DNA from: Chiloscyllium plagiosum
Lineage: Eukaryota
Direction: 5' to 3'
DNA length: 64,000 nucleotides
NCBI RefSeq assembly: GCF_004010195.1
Contig: NW_025215365.1
Coordinates: 44,362 to 108,361, forward strand
Shown here: piece after piece, positions 60,663 to 64,000 of the stretch
How the letters are laid out: every line of letters starts with the position of its first letter
How positions within the stretch are numbered: the stretch's first letter is position 1
Position numbers and translations under genes: made by a program
Notes under the pieces: model-generated
Seen by the model: only the letters and a program-made list of their open reading frames with translations
Told to the model about the DNA's origin: nothing
Databases searched by the model: none

Positions 60663-60942
60663 TATAATGTGAGCGTTTATAACTGTGCAAGGTATGTCAT
60701 TGTTATGTTGATTATCTGAAGTGAATTTTTTTCTTAATATTTACAAAATAACAAGATTAGTTAGTATTAATTATGAATTATTGTTTGAATTATGGTGATT
60801 TGAATTGGTTTGTTACAGTACAGGTATTAAAAAGAGAAACCCAGTCCGTTGGTTTCCTCTCGGTTGGCTTCTTGGGGATTTCTTGGAAAAAGTATCATCC
60901 TCAGTGAAAAAGATTTGGACAGATACAATCCCACTGAGCCGC

Positions 60943-61226
60943 AGACACACACACACATACACACTCTCGCACAAACACACAGTTCCAGACATACACACAC
61001 ACACAAACTCACATACGCACACAGTCACAGAAATACACACAGGCACACTCACAAACACAAATGCACACTCTCTCTCACACACACACACACACAAACACAT
61101 ACACACTTACAGACACACACATTCATACACCTACAGACGTGTACATGTGCGCGCACACGCGTGCACACACACACACACACATACATGTGCACACACACAC
61201 AAAGCAGAAGCATATATACAGACATA

Positions 61227-61257
<31 letters not shown>

Positions 61258-61265
61258 ATATTACA
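60943..61265. repeat. (CA)n-rich microsatellite
   Basis: Directly visible. Confidence 0.95.
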
Positions 61266-63419
61266 CAAAGGACATAAGAAACATTTCAAATCCACCGCGA
61301 CCCAGACGGGTGGCAGGAAAACCAGCCAGGCCCCTGCCCCTCAACCATCATTGCAGCAACCATCATGCTCACTCTTAATTTGCCTTTAAGCACAGCTCCA
61401 GAAACCCGGTGGATGCACGGGACGGCAAACTAAGGCCTAATCCGACGTGGCTCAGTTGTTTTGGTTTTGGTTTGGTCACCTTTTAGGTTCTGTCCAGCCC
61501 ACCGCCATCCCCAACAAGCCATCAGCTGGGGAAAACAAGCCAACAATGAAGCAGGACCCTTTCCCCTGCCCCGATTCCATCTGCCCACCCTTGGCCACCC
61601 GCTGCCCCCCCCTTCCTGGGCACCCTCGCTCCCGCACAGCTGTGAGACTGGTGTTGCTTTGGCAGTCTGAGGTTTGTGATCACGGTAAAGAGGATGAGCC
61701 CTCCCCTCCATCTGAACTCTCCACTTCCCGCTGGCTGGTAGACATCCTGAGGGGTGCGGTTGGTGTCACCAGTCATTGACCAATCCAAACAGTTGGCTGT
61801 GCCACTTTCTGGGAGCTCTGTGCTGAGACAGCCTCGCCTTCACTATTAGGCCTATCCAAACCCGTATGTACACGGTTAGAGTAGCACTCTGCGACTGGAG
61901 GACACCATCTTTGCTGCCACACACTGTCTCCCAGATTTACAGTGTTTTCAGCATCTCCTTCAAACCTAACTCTTTGGTCACCTGTCCCTCACTCTCTTTT
62001 CACGGTTCGGTGTCAGACTACATGCCACAGAAGGGAGATGCAGCCGCTCGACAGAAAGGAAATGTTCGAGGGGAAAACAGGGCCAAGAATGGTGGTGTGG
62101 TGCAGACAGCAGCGTCTGAGAGAGGCCAGAAGAACCTTCTAGAAGGCGGGGCGAGCTTTCATGCCCATCGGATCCTTTTGCTACCCAGAAGGTGACAGAG
62201 AAGAGCGAGGTCAAGGAGGGCAGTGGGTTACGTCCATCTTGTCAGCTGGGAGAACTGAAATAATATCCAGAAATCAGGTGCAAGTGGTGGTTCAGTCTCT
62301 GAACACACTGAAGGGAGCACTGACTGAGTTCTCACTCGCAAGGTTCACCTTTGGCAGTAAACCTGCCTTCATTGCCCCTTTCCTGTCAGACTCCAAGATG
62401 GCCGCCAAGGCCTCCAGAGACAGCGCTGGAGGAAAAGGACCCGGACGGTAGCAGGGGGGGTGGGAGACATTGTCATGTTGAGGTACTTGAGCAGCTCGAA
62501 TTGTTTTTGAGAAAAGGGTGCAGGCGAAATTTAATCTTCGCGTTCAAGATGACGATGAGTGAAGACGGGGAACTGCACTTCAATTTAAACCCCTCCCTCT
62601 TTCCCTACCCTTCTCCTGTCTGGTTACTGCAGTCCCCCCCCCTAGTGGGCAGTGGTGTTAAATTGTTAAAAGGATTAAAAATTAGTCATCGGGAGAAATT
62701 GCTCTCTGTAGGGTCAGTAAACAGAGGGCAAACAGAGTCAAGATAGCTGGTGAAAGACTGAATAGAAAGAACAGTAGATTGTTGTAATTTGGAATGCATT
62801 GTCTGAATTATAGGAGTGGGTTTAAGGGTGACTTTCAACATTTTTTTTAAACAAGAAAATAATCTGGGGGAAAAGAAGGGAGGTGGAACTAATTGTCACA
62901 GAAGGTTACGGTATTACTTAGATCTGACACCAGGTCAGTCTCTAGCGTGATGTCCGATTCTGGGCACTAGACAAAGGTAGTCATGAAAGCCTCAAAGGGT
63001 GCAGGAGAGACTTACTGGACAGCTATCAGCAACGAGGGATGCCAAAGACACGGTTGATTGGACTTGTTCTCCTTAGAGACTCTGAGGAGAGTTGACAGAG
63101 CTGCCCGCTGAGGCCTTAGACAGGGAAGTAGTTTACAACGCCTGAATGAGGAGACGTGAGGCAAAGTTGCTTTCCACAAGGAGTGGTTAAGATTTGGAAT
63201 GGCTCCCCCCCCAGGTAGGGCGTTGCGTTCCAATTCAAGAGACAACTTCAGAAAGGGATTGGGATTCACACCCAAACAAGAGAAATTGCAGGAATGTGAT
63301 GGAAGAGTGGGATTGCTCTCCGAGAATAGCCAGCACCAATGTGGTACGAGAAATGGCTTCTTCCTGGCACAGGTATGGAGGGCTGAATGGCCTCCTTCAG
63401 GCTGGGAGTTCAGTTATAT

Positions 63420-63790
63420 CACTGGCCGTGGCATTCTCAAACCTCCTCAAGGCACTTTCGGTCTCATGAATAATTGAGATCTTTCGGAAGTGCAGCGATT
63501 GTCACATGGGCAAACCAAATTTTGTTCAGCAAGATCCCATGCACCAGAGGCGATGAGACGAGCTATTCTGCTCTTTGCGGTGTTCGTCAAGGCTGTGCAG
63601 TCAATCTGGATTACTGTTTGAGGGGGTCAAAATGTGCAGGGGACATCACTGCAATACCATATGTTCAAAGCAATGAACCTGCAATAAGGTTGAATCCAGG
63701 GACATTATTGTAAGAGTTCCTCTCATCCAGTCTTCTTAAGGTCCTTTAGCTGTGACCTCTGCACCCCAACGTAAGGCTTGAGACAGCGTT
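63420..63790 (-). mobile_element. Ancient DeuSINE-like fragment
   Basis: Reverse complement contains tgggatcttgctgaacaaaatttgg, similar to 27150-27375. Confidence 0.4.
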
Positions 63791-64000
63791 CAGGCAGTGG
63801 AGTGGGCAGTCCCAGCCTCCAGCAGGACCTGGACGCCATGTTCACTTGAGAAGACAACAGTCGGGTCCTTCAGCGCTGGACCGATAGCAACTTGACCCCC
63901 CACCACCGACCCTGTGGCACTCAGGCAGCAACACTATCGCCTTGGGTTTAACCAGATCAGTGCATCAGCGGGAGGTCCTGGCATGGAGAATGCTAACCAG

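Noticed and set aside
60805..61378. His/Thr- or Cys/Val-rich ORFs
   Set aside because: Translations of the (CA)n microsatellite

Overview
Repeat-dense vertebrate genomic DNA, almost certainly from a shark (inferred from ~13 HE1-type SINEs and many HER1/CR1 LINE tails), with two assembly gaps (16134-17071, 32426-33095). The only host-gene coding sequence I can support is two minus-strand exons of a PBX-family (TALE homeobox cofactor) gene: a 113-nt exon at 30345-30457 and a 90-nt exon at 18751-18840, equivalent to exons 7 and 8 of PBX1/PBX3. The homeodomain exons and terminal exon are not visible; the terminal exon may lie in the first gap. The rest is CR1, L2, Rex1/Babar, RTEX-like and Tx1-like LINE remnants, three SINE families, Penelope-like elements with decayed hammerhead motifs, a solo LTR and three large tandem arrays (74, 23, 68 bp). 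Best leads: a preserved PBX 'b'-isoform frame, two candidate frame-preserving cassette exons, a CpG-rich ~290-nt fold-back and a local templated duplication. I see no convincing new multi-gene system. Repeat boundaries are approximate, family names come from recalled consensus similarity rather than a database search, and most ORF-track entries are repeat or gap artefacts.
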